From positions 248,001-312,000 of the forward strand of contig CT868507.1 in NCBI GenBank assembly GCA_000165425.1: 64,000 nt of DNA. The letters run 5' to 3'. This document shows positions 1 through 16,336 of this stretch, piece after piece (positions within the stretch are counted from its first letter, which is position 1; each line of letters opens with the position of its first letter). The position numbers and the translations under genes are program-made. The notes beneath the pieces were generated by a model that saw nothing but the letters and a program-made list of their open reading frames with translations, ran no database searches and had not been told where the DNA came from. The stretch is from Paramecium tetraurelia (taxonomy: Eukaryota).

Positions 1-999
1 ATTAGATTGTTGTGGAAAATAGGATGTTTGAACATGTTTTTAGTTGGTTATTACATTCATAATATGATATTGGAAATATATGGCAAGGAGAAATTGGCAT
101 ATTCCAATTGGAAAAAGGTATTGAGAATTTGTAATATGCAAGGGAATCACTGTCATAAATATAAATTAATAGCATATAAGCATATATCTAAGATTTGTAT
201 TAAGCTTTAGTAGTATGACAAAAGTTTAATTTACCTCAAGAAAATGCTGAAATTGTCATGGATAGTCAATGATACTAACTATGAGATATTTACTTATGAT
301 AAAATTTCATTGTGCTATTATTACAAATAAGATATGAATAAAGCCATCTATTATCATGAAAAATTTGCATAAGGGGAATATGAAGAACCAGGTAAAGGCA
401 TGAGAAATGTAGGCGAGGCAGCCTATTTGTTAGATGCCAAAACTAAAGAAGGATTTATTGATCAAAATTCCTATTCTGAAGATGAATATGATTTAGATGT
501 ATTATTACAGAATGGTAATCTTAATAAGTGGGAAACAGAGAATAAGAGGAAGGATCTGAAAATATTGGTTAAGAAAATACCTATAGAATATAAGAAGGGA
601 CATAGTTTTGGTAAAATTCATAGGCCAACTAATAAAGTCATTGATTTTAGGCATGCTATGTTAATACTACATCAATTTTAAAATAAATAATCTGTTCCTT
701 TAGGACCTATTTATTAGAAAGAAGTACAAGAATAGTAAGAGTAGACTGCTAAAAAGTTTAAAAAGAAAGACTAAACTCAATCTTGCCAATATTTATTTAA
801 TCAAAAAAGCACAAATAGAGTTGCATCAAACTTTTTACTATAAGAGGAAATTAAAGATTAAACCACCGGAGACACTTTGTGTTTTAAACCATCTGAAAAT
901 GTTTACTATATCAAAAAAATGATCAGAGTCTTTTAATATGATCTTAAGCATTTATTATAGAAATAATCTCTTTTCAAAAACTCCACTGATTGTATATGA
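1..999 (+). CDS. TPR-like repeat protein, 5'-partial (runs off window start)
   Basis: Frame 1 is open in code 6 up to TGA 997-999. Helical TPR-like segments such as AYKHISKICIKLQQYDKSLIYLKKMLKLSW and TYDKISLCYYYKQDMNKAIYYHEKF. Confidence 0.65.
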
Positions 1000-2014
1000 T
1001 AATAATTATATGTTAATTTATTTATACATTAATAATTAAACCTAATGTTCATATGAGAATGATATTTAGTAGAAGAAGCTAAGGTTAGAAGTAATGAAAG
1101 ATAATCTTTGACTTAGTAAGTAATCTAATAATCAGAGACTTAACACAATAATTAATTTCTTTATTTTTTTTTATGAACTGCATCGTTTTAATCTAATGTA
1201 ATCATCAGATACTGTAGAAATATGATATACTGTACATAGAAAAAGCGAATGTAGTTTAGTTATAAATTTTTATGGATGAGAAATTTGATTACTTAATAGA
1301 AGAGTCTTTCATCATTATTAATAAAAATAATGATATTACAGAAACACAACAATTAAAAAAAAGTAAGACTAATAACAAGGGATATTATGGAAAGATGATT
1401 GAATATTAATATGGTTATTATATAATGGGAATTCAATTTTAAGAATAATCCAAAAAGATAAGAAATACTAGTTTGAGAACATCTAATGAATGTTGATAAT
1501 AAATTTTGGATTAATCTTAATGATCATTTTCTTTTTAGATTAGAATTTTTAATTTAAACTCGTTTATCTTTCTAGATTATAAAGATGCACTGTAAAGTTT
1601 AATTTAAATTTAAAGCAATGAAAAATTATATTGATAATTAAAAAATGATAAACAAAAAAAAGGAGTTTATCATCATAACTGATTTCATAATTAAAAGTAT
1701 TATGAGAATCATATTCAAAGATCAGTTTTGATATAAATCTAATGATTTAAAAATTTTTACATTGCTCTTTTTTTATTTTTTAAAAAATGGCATGTAAGAT
1801 CTATATATTCCTTAATATTTATTAAAATTGGCTAAGGACCCTTGCAATTATTTGATTACTGGTAATTAATCTAATCATTTAGTTAAAGAATTTAAGGCTT
1901 ATTCTTAAATTTGAATGTTGAGATGTTATGCGTCATCATCCAAAATTAAAATTAATTTATTATTTATAAACATTCTACAATGAATAAGAAATATTATCAA
2001 TTATTTACAAGGTC

Positions 2015-2533
2015 TCAATAAAACCATTCTTTACCATAAATTCTCTCTACCCAATCAGTAAAGGAAACAGGATCTTTAAAAGAGTTTATTTTTGATTCTT
2101 CCTTCGTTACTTCTTCATCTAACTATATTGTAGGTACTCTTGAAGACTTATTCACTACAATTCGATATCCATATTCAAGGGATTTCTTGACATCTGGCAT
2201 TAATGGGCCAGGCTCTTGACTGGCTGATTAATGACTCTTTCTACCATTTTTGCTAGAAACAAAAAGCTTTCTGTTTGGTATCACAACTACAGGGCTTTTG
2301 ATCTTTTTGCCAGTGTCGACTCTAAAAACCGATTCTAAACAGTCCATAGAATTCCTTGCGTTAAAGTGATTATGACTTTTTTGAAGGTTGATTTGCTCTT
2401 TTAAAGGGTATTTTAATGAATTCTTGCGTCTAACATATTCAATTTCCTCCCTCTATGATTATTTGTTCATAATTATTCTATGAAGTTATCCAGATAACAA
2501 GGTTCTATTTGATTAGACTGATTTATTAAACAT
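2015..2533 (-). CDS. hypothetical protein (~172 aa)
   Basis: ATG at 2533 (MFNKSVQSNRTLLSGQLHRIIMNK) is in frame with TGA at 2017-2015 (..YGKEWFY*). GC is higher than in the flanks. Confidence 0.6.
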
Positions 2534-3017
2534 TGAAATATATTAATTTAACTTATTAAAATAACATTATTAAATCTTAATTTAAATGACATCATTATAA
2601 CTATTAATTAATTATTATTAGAATATAATATTCAATAATCAGTGTAGAGGATTTTAATTTATATCTTATATATTTAGTCAACATATTATAATTATTAAGT
2701 TTATTAAATACAAATATATTAAATTTTAATTATATTCATATATATGTGTAAACCAGGCAAAATGCTTAATTTATTTTAATATTTCTAAATTATTATATGT
2801 CAATTAATAAAAATCAAACACCCATCCTTCTAAATAATTAAAAATGAGGTTAAATTAAAACTACTGATAAATGACATGTAAAATTTGAATTCAGAATGAC
2901 AAGTTATAAGTACAAGCTTATTAATAAGGAAATCCCTGAAAGAATCGTTATCTTGTAGATTAATTCACTTTAATAAAGTTTTTATTTTCTATATATAGTA
3001 TAATTAATTATAATACT

Positions 3018-4580
3018 ATGAGAATTTAAGCTACATCATTTAGACTGCCAGCATTAAAATTATAACCCAAGGACTCTTATTAATGTCTCAGTTATGGAGA
3101 TAATAATCTTTCAAATTCTTCCATGATTAAATACTAGAGCAGTCCCCTCAGGAATTATGATCCTTCTCCAATTAAAAAGAGAGTTCGAGGAATGACTATC
3201 GCCATATATAATAGTCAAGAAAAGCTTAAGACAGCTGATTATCGAAATGGTGGGGAATTCATTACTTAGATCTAACAAAATAATCAAAGCACTTCCGTTG
3301 TCAATACATTTAGACGATATCGAAGTAAGCTTAAGTAATTGATGTAACCTGCCAAAGATGAAGGAGTAAACTCAAGAGACCCTCGTTTATTTTCATTTAA
3401 AGATCCTGGTGCTACTATTCGACTTGACAGATTGAATAATGATCGTAAGGATCAACAAATTTAAGAAAAAGTAACACAACTAATGGGCAAGGTTAGATTG
3501 CTTTTTTCCTCTAGATAATTCTATTAAGAACCTCTGCATTAAGACACTTTCCAAGTCACACTTGTAAAACTAAAAGATGAATATGATTGTTTATACTAAG
3601 ATTTCAATGACTACTATGTCTAAAATAACAAATTAGATAAATAAGTCTTACAACTCCTAAATCATATGGAGATCATCGAGACTCTACTTAAACCAAAACA
3701 GCCTATTAAAATCAAAAAGTATCAACCACAACAATCCAACATAATTCAACCAGAATATTAATCTCCTATTGTTGAAGCTTAAGAAATTGTGGAAGAAACA
3801 CCAAAATAATCTATAATTGTTGACAATCTGCAATCTTCTCCTTAATAACCGAATCAACTGTCTATTCATGAACAAAGAGAGCAAAGCGTGTTCACTCCTC
3901 TTACATCTAAATAATTTAATGATGATCAATCAATCAGTGATCTGGAAAATGATTAATTAAATAAGGCGAATATGCAAAAAAAAAAGAAATAAAAAAGTAA
4001 AAAAAGCCCTTTAAAGTCTCAAAAGACTATTGCTGTTTAAGAGTCAATATTAGATCTAAATGCTTTAGAAGACTAAACTTAAGTTCCTCAATCGATATCA
4101 TCTCAAACGAAAATTATCTAAAGATCAACTCCTTAAAGCAATAAAGCCTACCCTATTTAATATGAAGATACTCCTGAGACTCCACAAAACATAGAAGAAG
4201 AAGATAATAGTATTTAGTTTGAAAAGCCTGGCCTTAAAAGAACTGTGAGCAATTTGGGATCTATGAGTAAGAAAAGAAATACTGTGTTGGAAAATAAGGA
4301 AGGGTAGAAAAAAAAATAAAGGAAGACAGGGACAATATCAGAACAAGATGATAGTGAGTAAGAGGAGGAGAAACAAAGCAATACATAAATTGAGGGTTAG
4401 AATGACTCAAATGATGAATAGTAATAGGAATAACAATATCGGATCACAAGTTTAGATTTTTGCTTAATAGATATGTTAATAGCATCCCAAAATATTTATA
4501 AGCATCCATTTTATTAAAATTGGGAATATCATACTGATGAAATTATTAAGGGAACTAATTTTGGTGAATATGATTTATGA
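3018..4580 (+). CDS. hypothetical protein (~520 aa), acidic/low-complexity C-terminal half
   Basis: ATG 3018 to TGA 4578-4580 spans 1563 nt, a multiple of 3, and reads as protein in code 6. No recognisable domain. Confidence 0.7.
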
Positions 4581-5310
4581 TTATAATTCTTCTTGTTTAT
4601 CTAATTCATGTAAAATAAATTATTTTTAGACTAATTGCTTTTATTAAATGAGATTATTAATAAAAAGCTAAATAAATATATAAATTATATATGTATGTAA
4701 CTTTTCTTTTTTTATTTAACTTGTAAAAGTAGATGTGAATAGTAATATAATTTTCCAATTCTTTAGAAGCTTAAGAAATGCATAGAAAATTAGTTTATTT
4801 ATTCCTATTTTAAATAATAGTATACTTTTTTATTATTAAGATAAATATATAATTTATCAAAATAATTTATGAATAAGTGTTTATTCTCGAATAATTGAAA
4901 TTGGTTTTCATTTTATATTATATATTTTTATTTATACTTTTCTAGATAATTCTCGAATTTTTTTTGATTAATCTAACATTCTCATTAAATTTTGATGAGT
5001 TATTGAATAAGTGAGGCTTAAATCAAATTTTGACTCAAATATCAAAAAATTGTTATTTAGAAATATAATTTTAAAGTTACCCTTTATTACAGAATTAAAT
5101 ACTAAGAATTACTGAATCTAATAGTGTAATCTATTATTTAAACATTAGTTTAACTTGAAGCGTCTTAAGACAAAATTGTGCAGTATTAATAATTTATAAA
5201 GGAAAAATTTTATGGTTAATAATTGAGACTCAGTATTTATTAATGGTGATATAAATTAGAGTGATAGTGAATGATTTATAATTCAATAATATAAATAATT
5301 TTTAAATAAA

Positions 5311-7059
5311 ATGATGCTGAATGAATTTACATCATTCTTTGATAATCTCGAAGTTATTCATAAAATCAAACATATTTGGTCAAAGTTTTAACTCAGTACA
5401 TATGAAGTAATTAAATTATGAAAATCCATAGAATGATTCAATTATTTTCGAATCTGTGTGTCATAAAATTAGCAGAAAAACTTAAAAGTTAAAACCAATT
5501 ATAATTCAATTGGGTCAAGAACATTTGTATTTCTTTAAAAATAAGAATCCTCATGGCATGCTATTATTGACTGTAGTAGTGATGACTATATAAAGAAATG
5601 AACATGGAGTGATGATCAGATTGTTAAGAAATGGATAATTTATTGATATTATTACAACAGATGCGATGTTGTTGAAATAATTATTAGCATTTAAATGCCT
5701 ATAAACAACATTTCACGATGAATTTGGAGTAACAAAAATGATAGGAAAAGGAAGTTTTGCAAAAGTTTACTTAGCAACTAAGAAATAGACTGGGGCCTAG
5801 TATGCTATAAAGGCATTTAACAAGGAATTTATGTTAGAACAATTCAAAGGGAAAGAAAGTTTGGAGAATGAGATACGTGTGATGAGAAGGTTGAATTAAG
5901 AAAATCTTGTGCATTTGCATGAAGCTTATGAGACATAGAATTCAATATACTTTGTAATTGATCTGTTATAAGGAGGAGAACTGCTTGCAAGAGCAAAAAC
6001 TAATCCATTTTCATTAGATACTCTTTAGAAATTGATGTACAATTTTATAAAAGCTTTGGTACATATTCATAGTAAGAAATGCATACACAGAGATTTGAAG
6101 CCTGAAAATTTATTACTTAAATCTAAGGATTCTAATGTGGATGTGGTCATAGCAGATTTTGGACTTGCAGCATTTTTAGGAGAGGAGATCCTTTTTAAAA
6201 GATGCGGTACTCCTGGGTTTGTTGCTCCTGAAATACTGATGTATAAAGAGGAGGATCCCTTTTATGATGAGAAATGTGATATATTTAGTGCTGGTGTTAT
6301 ATTTTATATTTTGTTGACTGGCAAACAACCATTTTAAGGAACTGACTATAAGGCAATTTTAAGAGCAAATAAAAATTGTGAAATTAATTACAACATTAAA
6401 TAAATTCAATAGGTACATGATATGTTCTAAAATAGTCATCTCAAAAATTGTAAGAGTTAATAAGAAAGATGTTATAATAGAATCCGAAGGACAGACCTAG
6501 TGCGGAAGCATGTTTACAACATCCATATTTTGAAGAGATCTTTAATAAAAATGATTTAGTGGAAATTCATGAAAATTTAATAGAATATGAAATAGAACAT
6601 GAGCATAGATTATAAAAGAAGGGAAGCTTTGATAGTCAAGTGGGCTCAATGGAACTGTAAGTTCGAACCTCAGTTTTGAATGGAAGAACTGATACAATAG
6701 GATCTTTAAGTGTTTGTTCAGGATAAGGATCTTCAAGTCGTTTAGAGAAACCATAATAACAATAATAACAACAGTCGAAATTTAGTTAGTTTTGTTAAAC
6801 TATGAAAACTGTGTAATAAGATACGAGTGGTAATGCTATGGCTTCTCCATAAAATAAAAAAAAAGATTAGCAAGATTTGCACAAGTTTGCATTAAAGAAT
6901 TCTTATCAACAAAAGCAAATGAGCAAGGATGATGACTTTGTGAATGAAGAATCAGCTCAATTAGATGCTGCAATTTAAAAGTTGAATAGTTAATCTCCAA
7001 AAATAGGATTGTTTAAAAAGAGTGCCTCGTACAAAGTACCAAAATCAACTTAAGAATGA
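5311..7059 (+). CDS. Ser/Thr protein kinase (CAMK-like) with N-terminal extension
   Basis: Motifs IGKGSFAKVY, YAIKAF, IHRDLKPEN, ADFGLA, CGTPGFVAPE and DIFSAG. Micro-introns at 5407-5431 and 6413-6435. TGA at 7057-7059. Confidence 0.92.
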
Positions 7060-7063
7060 TATA

Positions 7064-9078
<2,015 letters not shown>

Positions 9079-9917
9079 TTTTGAATTTGAATATATTAAT
9101 TAATTAATTATACTGTTAACAAAGCATTTGAAATTTACTTTATTATTTTAATTAAACCAAAAAGAACTCCCAATCTTATTCATTTCCTTCTAGAATTCCT
9201 TATCCTTGAAGTGTTCTCTGTTACACCCTCTTTTATATATTAATTACGTAGATTATGGCTATTAGAAATGAATAATACAAGAAAGCCCTTCAAGAGATGA
9301 ATTATAAGTTATGGTTACTTAAATGAAATGCGATATTTTTATATTATTTTTTATAATGAATTTAGAATAAATATAAAAGGAACTCGATTCTATAGATAGA
9401 CAAACAAGCATTATTAATTTATAATGCAAATTATATTGTGCCTATCAATCCTTTATGTTTCGATTCCTGAACAAGGATAAGTAAGAATTTAATATCAATT
9501 TAGCTTCAAAGTTTACACATTCAGAAACCATTATGGGTCTTATATGGCCTTTGGAATGGCAATCCATAATACTTATCATCTGAGATAATCCATTTTAAAG
9601 TAATGCATTCATCTAACAAAATCCAAAAATCCCACAATCATTAAATTGGCAGCAATCCCCATAACCACAGTTTATTTTGGAGTCTTATTTGGATTGTGGC
9701 ATATTCCATCATTTTCTGGAGAATTAGCTATTAGATTATACTTTGGAACTCAATCTGCCGTCTTTGACCTTTTAATGGATAAGGAAGAAATATTTTAAGA
9801 TATCCCTTTGCGATCAATAATAAAATGATAGTAAATATTGCAATTCAAACATTTATATGATTATGTGTAGAATAAATAGAGTCTATAACTTTAAGACCTT
9901 AAATATGTCTTTCAATT

Positions 9918-10904
9918 TCATCCTTATTAGCTCTCATTACAAGTATCCTCAAGTTCTTTAAATAACGATTCGAACTGAAGATATCTCTCATCTCTTTTAA
10001 TTATATTAATATAATCTAAAGCTTTTTAGTATTGTTCCAATTAAATTAAACAAAATACGAGTCTATAATAAGACTTTACTTTAAATTCCTATTTGAGAAT
10101 AATTACTTCATTACCTTCTATTCTAAGCGATGAACAATAGGTTCAAGAATTTTTAAGCTTTCTTCATAATCTTTCAATTTGATCAATGCTTAAGCTCTAT
10201 TACTAATCAATACTAGATAAAAGTCTTCTTTAATAACTTCAGAGTTTTTCTCCTTATTCAAATATTTAGGCCACTTTTCAATAAAGTTTATTCCTCTTAA
10301 ATATCGAGATGCAGCTCCTACATAATCTCCAGTTTGATATAATTTATTTCCTTCTTGTTTGAATTTTTCTAACTAAATCACACGACTATATATGATAATA
10401 AAGATACTTTTCAACATTAGTAACATCCAATTATTATTATGGTTATATTACTTCTTCGACTGTAATCAAGTAGTATTTTACTTGATCTTTTACGAAATTT
10501 TCAATATTATCTGGTTTTTCTAACAAGTCTCCTGATATCTTAAACCAAGCCTTCTCTCCTTCTTTCATAGATAGAAGAGCCATACGAAATCCTTTGATCA
10601 AAGGGATGCTTGAAGATAAGCATATCTTCAAAATATTTAGATTTTGAGTTGGGTTGAGTATATTAGCCTTTTCGTCTTTTTCTTCACATCTTATTTTAAT
10701 TCTAGATTTCTCATTTATTTATTTTTAAGGATCCTCACTTTTCGATACAACTACAATATATTTAATTAGGTTTTATTGCAAGACTATTTTTTCATACTTA
10801 GACACAATTTTTTCCATTTCAGTCTAAGCCTTATTTTGTTAAGCCGTTTCGGAATTCTAGAAAAGTTGATCATCTTCTATAGAAAACCAATCAGATTAAT
10901 TCAT
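9918..10904 (-). CDS. FKBP-like domain plus TPR immunophilin (divergent)
   Basis: LIKGFRMALLSMKEGEKAWFKI is the FKBP motif. It is followed by TPR segments KFKQEGNKLYQTGDYVGAASRY and LISNRAQALIKLKDYEESLK. Two micro-introns; TGA at 9920-9918. Confidence 0.8.
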
Positions 10905-11130
10905 ATAAATTGAATTTATAAAAATAAATAAATTCGGTTAATACATTGGTTATTCGATTATAGCTTTTCATATATTTATTATATGACCTTAAAAATACTT
11001 GTAAAGATTCTTTAAAAAATGTGAAATGGATTAAGAAGTGCCTATTGACACATCAATTTCACAGTTTTGAGAATGAGATGTACATAAACTCTTTTATAGG
11101 TAAAATCATTAAGAAAACCATAAAAATTGA

Positions 11131-13975
11131 TCATTATTATTATTAATAATAACCATATAATGCTTTAAAATTAAATGACATTTTAAATTTTTAAGTTCTT
11201 GTCCACTCACTGGACTCTGACAATGTATTTTGACTTAATTCTTCCATTTTTCTTTACAATCTTTAAAACCCTTCTTGCGATACAGATCCCTAAAATGTCA
11301 AAGTCATTATCTTAATTAAATTTATCTCATGATTTAATTAATCTAGGAACTTTGCTCTTTTCGAATGTGTGGATACTGCTTCAATATTCTTAAAACATTA
11401 ACTAACAATGAATGACATAATTGAATCAGTCACCGATTAATCTAAATTAATTTAGGCCAAAATTACAGCCTATTCATTAAGTACTGTTAACCATTAGATA
11501 ACATATGGTCTTGGTATCATATCCATACTTTATGGCTAATCAAGGTTTAATAACTTCACATAACTCTGAAGACATGGTTAATAATATTAAGACAGAATTC
11601 CATTAATCTATTATTGAATGGGTTCAGCAAATTCTTTAAAACTCTTTTGCTTCTTAGAATTTGAATACACACTCTAAGCCAAGTCTTTGATCTGAGTGGC
11701 AATCAACTTTATATTATGCAAAAGTATCAAATAATCTTAAGCCTCTTTGCAACACTATAATAAATAATTAAGACTATCCTGCAATAATTACAAGAAGAGA
11801 ATCCCATCTACATTTTTGTTCTTGGATATTCTATTGCTATAATATAAATCCTTACTTGAGTATCTCATTAAATATTTGCAACATGAATTCAGAAAAATTC
11901 ACTCCAAAAAAGTCTCTTTGAGGGATAACAAAATTAACTTTTATCTATTTTAATGTGTAATTTGAAAATTGCAAGGATAGAGACTTAACTTCTATGTCAT
12001 TAATAAAATTATCAATCTTCAAACCATCTCCAAATAGATTTTCTATTATCTAGGCCATATTCTTAGTTGATTCGATATCCTGATTTATTCTTTAACATAA
12101 TATGGAACTATATTGTTAATTAAACCATGATTTTTAAACTGATTCTAAGAACTATAGCATCTTATTCTCAATTTCTTCTTTTAATTTTTACAGGTTTGGA
12201 TTTAAATTAAGATCTCTACAAATATTTTACAACTGTTTAACTTATTTACTAAATTTGCCACTTACGAAATTCTCTAAAGCCTTGCAATTCTAAAGTTGCA
12301 ACTCTTTTTATGGTAAAGAGCATTATTAAAGAAACTCAATAATAAAATCGCCTCTAATCATCTCAACTTAGTAAGCCTCATTGTCTCTCTATTGCAGAGT
12401 CTTATTAAAATAAGCATTGAAATTGGACTTTATTGATTGCTAAAGATTATTCACAATGTCCTAAGTGCTATTTTAAGTTAGATTTAATTCATTTATGTAT
12501 TCAGCTATCTCTAAAATCTAATTGTACTACAAATTATCTTGTTTAATCTATTAGAGCATGTCATTGTATATCTACTTCAATACTTGATCTATCTATTCAT
12601 TCAACTATTTGAATAGTGATATATTTTTATATTAATTCATGTTTTCCTTTTAGAGGGAAATGAGTTTCATCACTTGAGCATTGTTTCTCTATAGATAAGC
12701 CTCTTTCAATTAGTTTGGCAATTACACATACTGTTCACATTTTCTAATGAAATCAATAACGGATTTCAAATTTTTTTAACTCATACTTAATTTATTCATC
12801 GATTAAGAAATAGAACTTAATTTAGACAATAATTGGAATGTTCTCTTAGACAAAGATCCTAAAATTAAGATTTCATCAACTTGCATGGGTTGACTTGACT
12901 TTTCATTAGATGTTAATTATTTTTTTCTTTTAATTTAATCTTTGAATTCTTTGGAAATGAATTCATTATGAATTTACAAAATGCCTTAATTGATACAAAA
13001 GAAATCATCAATAAAATAGTAAACAATATTCTTATTCATTTCTATATTTTATTACTATAACAAATTCATGGATTACTGTGTAATTTATGGTTATACTAAT
13101 CTTAAGAATGTTTGAGCATCAAATTATGGAGAGTCAAGATGAATTTTAACAATAACTTGATCTAAATTCTTAATCTATTTCTTAATTTATTCAACTGATT
13201 CTATATCAATAGCTGCATTCAAACTTTCAGCTATTTACTTCTTTTTCAATGCTGCACTTCTATTCTTATTCGATTTAGTAGTTCTCTATTGAGGAATGAA
13301 AGGGTTATAGAAAGTCTTAATCAAATATTCTGGATTTCCATCCCATTATAAATTAATATGCTCTAACTTCTTTTATCTTTTATTTTACTCTCTCTACAAG
13401 TTCAGATTCTCAGGAGGAGGTTAATCAGATTCCTTCCATGAAGTCTGTTGTTTTTGCTCTTAAATTTATTGAATTCTCACACTTTTGTACCAATTATCAA
13501 ATTAATCTTTGAGTTTCTTAATTTCAAGAATGTATTCAAGATTAAAGTGGGGTCTTTCATCTTTTAAATACTTTATTATTTTAAATGCAATAAGACCTTT
13601 ATCTTATAACTTTTTATCAGCTAAAACATGAGTAGATAATGAAAGCAATTTATATTCATCATCTTCAAGATCTGCAAATACCTTAATGAATTCAATTCTT
13701 TGTGGATGCTTCTCTAAAATATTCAGAAATAATTCAGCACTGTAATAGGCAGATTTCCTAAGACTACCATCAACTTTGGATTTATTTCCTATACAATACA
13801 ATAATCCATATGGTATTTGCTCATTGCCAATTAAATATAATCTGATCTCTTAAGTATTTAATTGCATCTTGAATATATCTAGTTGTTTTAGATATTTAGA
13901 TGTCTTAACTTTGATTTTTTGTTGGGATTCTTTGATTTTGGTTAAGACAGCTATAATTTATTGCTAATTATTCAT
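11131..13975 (-). CDS. helical tethering-complex subunit, Sec5/EXOC2- or Vps51-like (~939 aa)
   Basis: Long code-6 frame with one 25-nt intron near 11831-11855. HLDSPQFDAQTFL..NKNIVYYFIDDFFCINQGILQI and NLKSVIDFIRKCEQYVQLPNQLKEAYLQRN resemble the Sec5/Vps51 N-terminal motifs (from memory). Confidence 0.55.
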
Positions 13976-13990
13976 TAAATATATATAATT

Positions 13991-16323
13991 TCATTTATTA
14001 ATCTTTGGTAGATTGCTTTGGCTTTGACTCATTTATGAACCTGTTTAATAGAATTATTGATTGGCTTGACTATTGGGTCTGTCCTTGTCATTCTGATATC
14101 TTTCCTTATCAATTTTATCTTTATTGTTTTTTGATTTCTCTTGCATTTACTTGTACCCAACACCAAACTAAAATATAATGTGGAATGTATACTCTTCCCA
14201 TTCTTTCTGGAGAAGTCTCTTTAGGAGGGAAATGAGCCCATCCTCTATAATCTCCCAATTATCCCTTAAATTTATCTAATTCTTTATCACATGAGGCACA
14301 AGACCAGAGTTACTTTTTAGCAAACAAGCCTTCTTAATCCTTAGATCCTCCTTCTCCTTCTAACATCATGAATATTTGATTGATCTATTGAATTAGTAAT
14401 ACAAAATCATACTCTCTATTCCAGATAGATCAAAGCCTTCTTAGTTTCAGACTTATTCGCTAATTATTTGATGAGAGCTTAAACAACTTCCTCTAATCTG
14501 GAGACAAGATCATTTTAAAGTTTTTCCAAATCTTCAAGTTCAGCCTTCTTATCCAATTTAATTCTTAATTCTTCAATTTATTTGGTTAATTCATCTCTGA
14601 CCTATTTTAATTTAGGTTCAAAGAGTGCTAAGAGATCTTCTCTTGTAACCACTCCATCAATCTTCTTTCCAAACTAAGCTATTTTAGCCTTATTTGCATC
14701 TTAATCCTTTTTCATTTAATCTTGGATTTCTCTTAGTTCCTATAAACCAGAAATGATTGAATCAGTTTTAGTTTATTTCATCTTATTTTCAATCTCAGCA
14801 ATCTTTAATTAAATTTACTATGTATTTTATTAAAATTGAGATTTGTGATTGATTAGTTCTCTAATGATAAGATAAATATAATAATTACTATTCATTTTGA
14901 GCCACTTAATCTTGCAGTTCTTTAAAAGTATTTAAAAAGTCTGGACTTAATTGAGGTCCTTTGTTTGGACTATTATCTATTTGTTGTTGGGATCCACGCT
15001 TATTTTTGTTTAGAATATCTTTTAATTAAGCAAGTTCATTCTTGATCTTTTCTTATTCAGACAAATCACCTTTTTTGTTAAGATTTAATTTGAACTCTCT
15101 TCTGACTTTTTCAATTTCTTCATCAATATGATCATATGTTTATTTTTATTATAATGCAACTTTTTAGCCAAGATTTGTTAGATCTTATTGAGTAGCATAA
15201 TTTTCTAATTGAGCTCTAATTTTATTGATTTCTGCCAAAATGATAACCATTTAATTTTCTCCCACATTATTACCTCCCTCGCCTGAATTACCAAATGAAG
15301 CCAAATTGAGTTAGGTTTGCAATTGTTCTAATAAAGTGTAGAGTTTTTTGATGTCGTTTTTGATAATCAATAAATCTTCAGAATCAATATTAGAACCTCC
15401 TCCTGTGGCTGCTTCCCTATTTTTCTTTCTCAATTCATCAAGCAACTCAAATAGTTTTTAAATTTCCTCTTCATGATTATCCAACTTTTTGTTTATGTCT
15501 GTTAAATCCACATCAGAATTTTATTAAGCATCGTAGCCTTAGTCTTTCACTTAGATTGGTTATATTAAGGTTTTCGATTGATTATTCAATTATTTTAGTA
15601 ATTCCTTGTATTAGGATTCTAAGATAACACAAATAACATTTACCAAGTTATGCTAAGCGATTCTGAACATCCTTTAGAGAGTCATCAGACAAGGGCTTAG
15701 ATTAGATCTGGTAAACATTGGAGTCTGGCTACTGTGTTTATAAATCAGATATTATTTTATTTTAATCGTTGATGAGTTTACGAAGTTTATCCAATTCCTC
15801 ATTAATTTTATCAATCTATTCCTATTTCTAAATGATATCTTCAGCATTTTTATTTATTTATTGTTGCTCTTATTCTTGAGCCTTAGCAATCTCCTTTATT
15901 TGGATATCTTAATCTCTCAAAATATTATCTATGAAATAATTGACAAGTATGTGATACCATATCGTTATTTTAATGCTTACACCTCTGCTTTAGTAGCAAA
16001 ATTCTAATGTATTTCCTTTACTTGAGAATCAATCACATCAACTTTATCTTTAGTATCAGTCTATTAGGATTCTTCTCTTAATTTCTATCATTTAATAGTA
16101 AGTTTACCTGCACCCAATCGCTATTGTCCTTCACCTAGCCGTTTATGAGAATCATGCCCTTATGTAACTGTTTGAGTATGGTAATAATCACAGAAAAATT
16201 CTTCTGTAAAATCTCTTCTGAAAATGTCACTTGCATCATCTTATCTAGGTTCATATTAGATAGATCCTGATCAAAAGAAGTGAAGTTGGGGTCAAATATC
16301 ACATTTATAATTTATTCATCCAT
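13991..16323 (-). CDS. long coiled-coil protein with C-terminal CxxC module (QRICH2/DUF4795-like)
   Basis: ATG at 16323, several micro-introns, heptad-rich body. C-terminal GLFAKKQLWSCASCDKEL..GWAHFPPKETSPERMGR. TGA at 13993-13991. Confidence 0.7.
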
Positions 16324-16336
16324 TTTAAATAAATTA

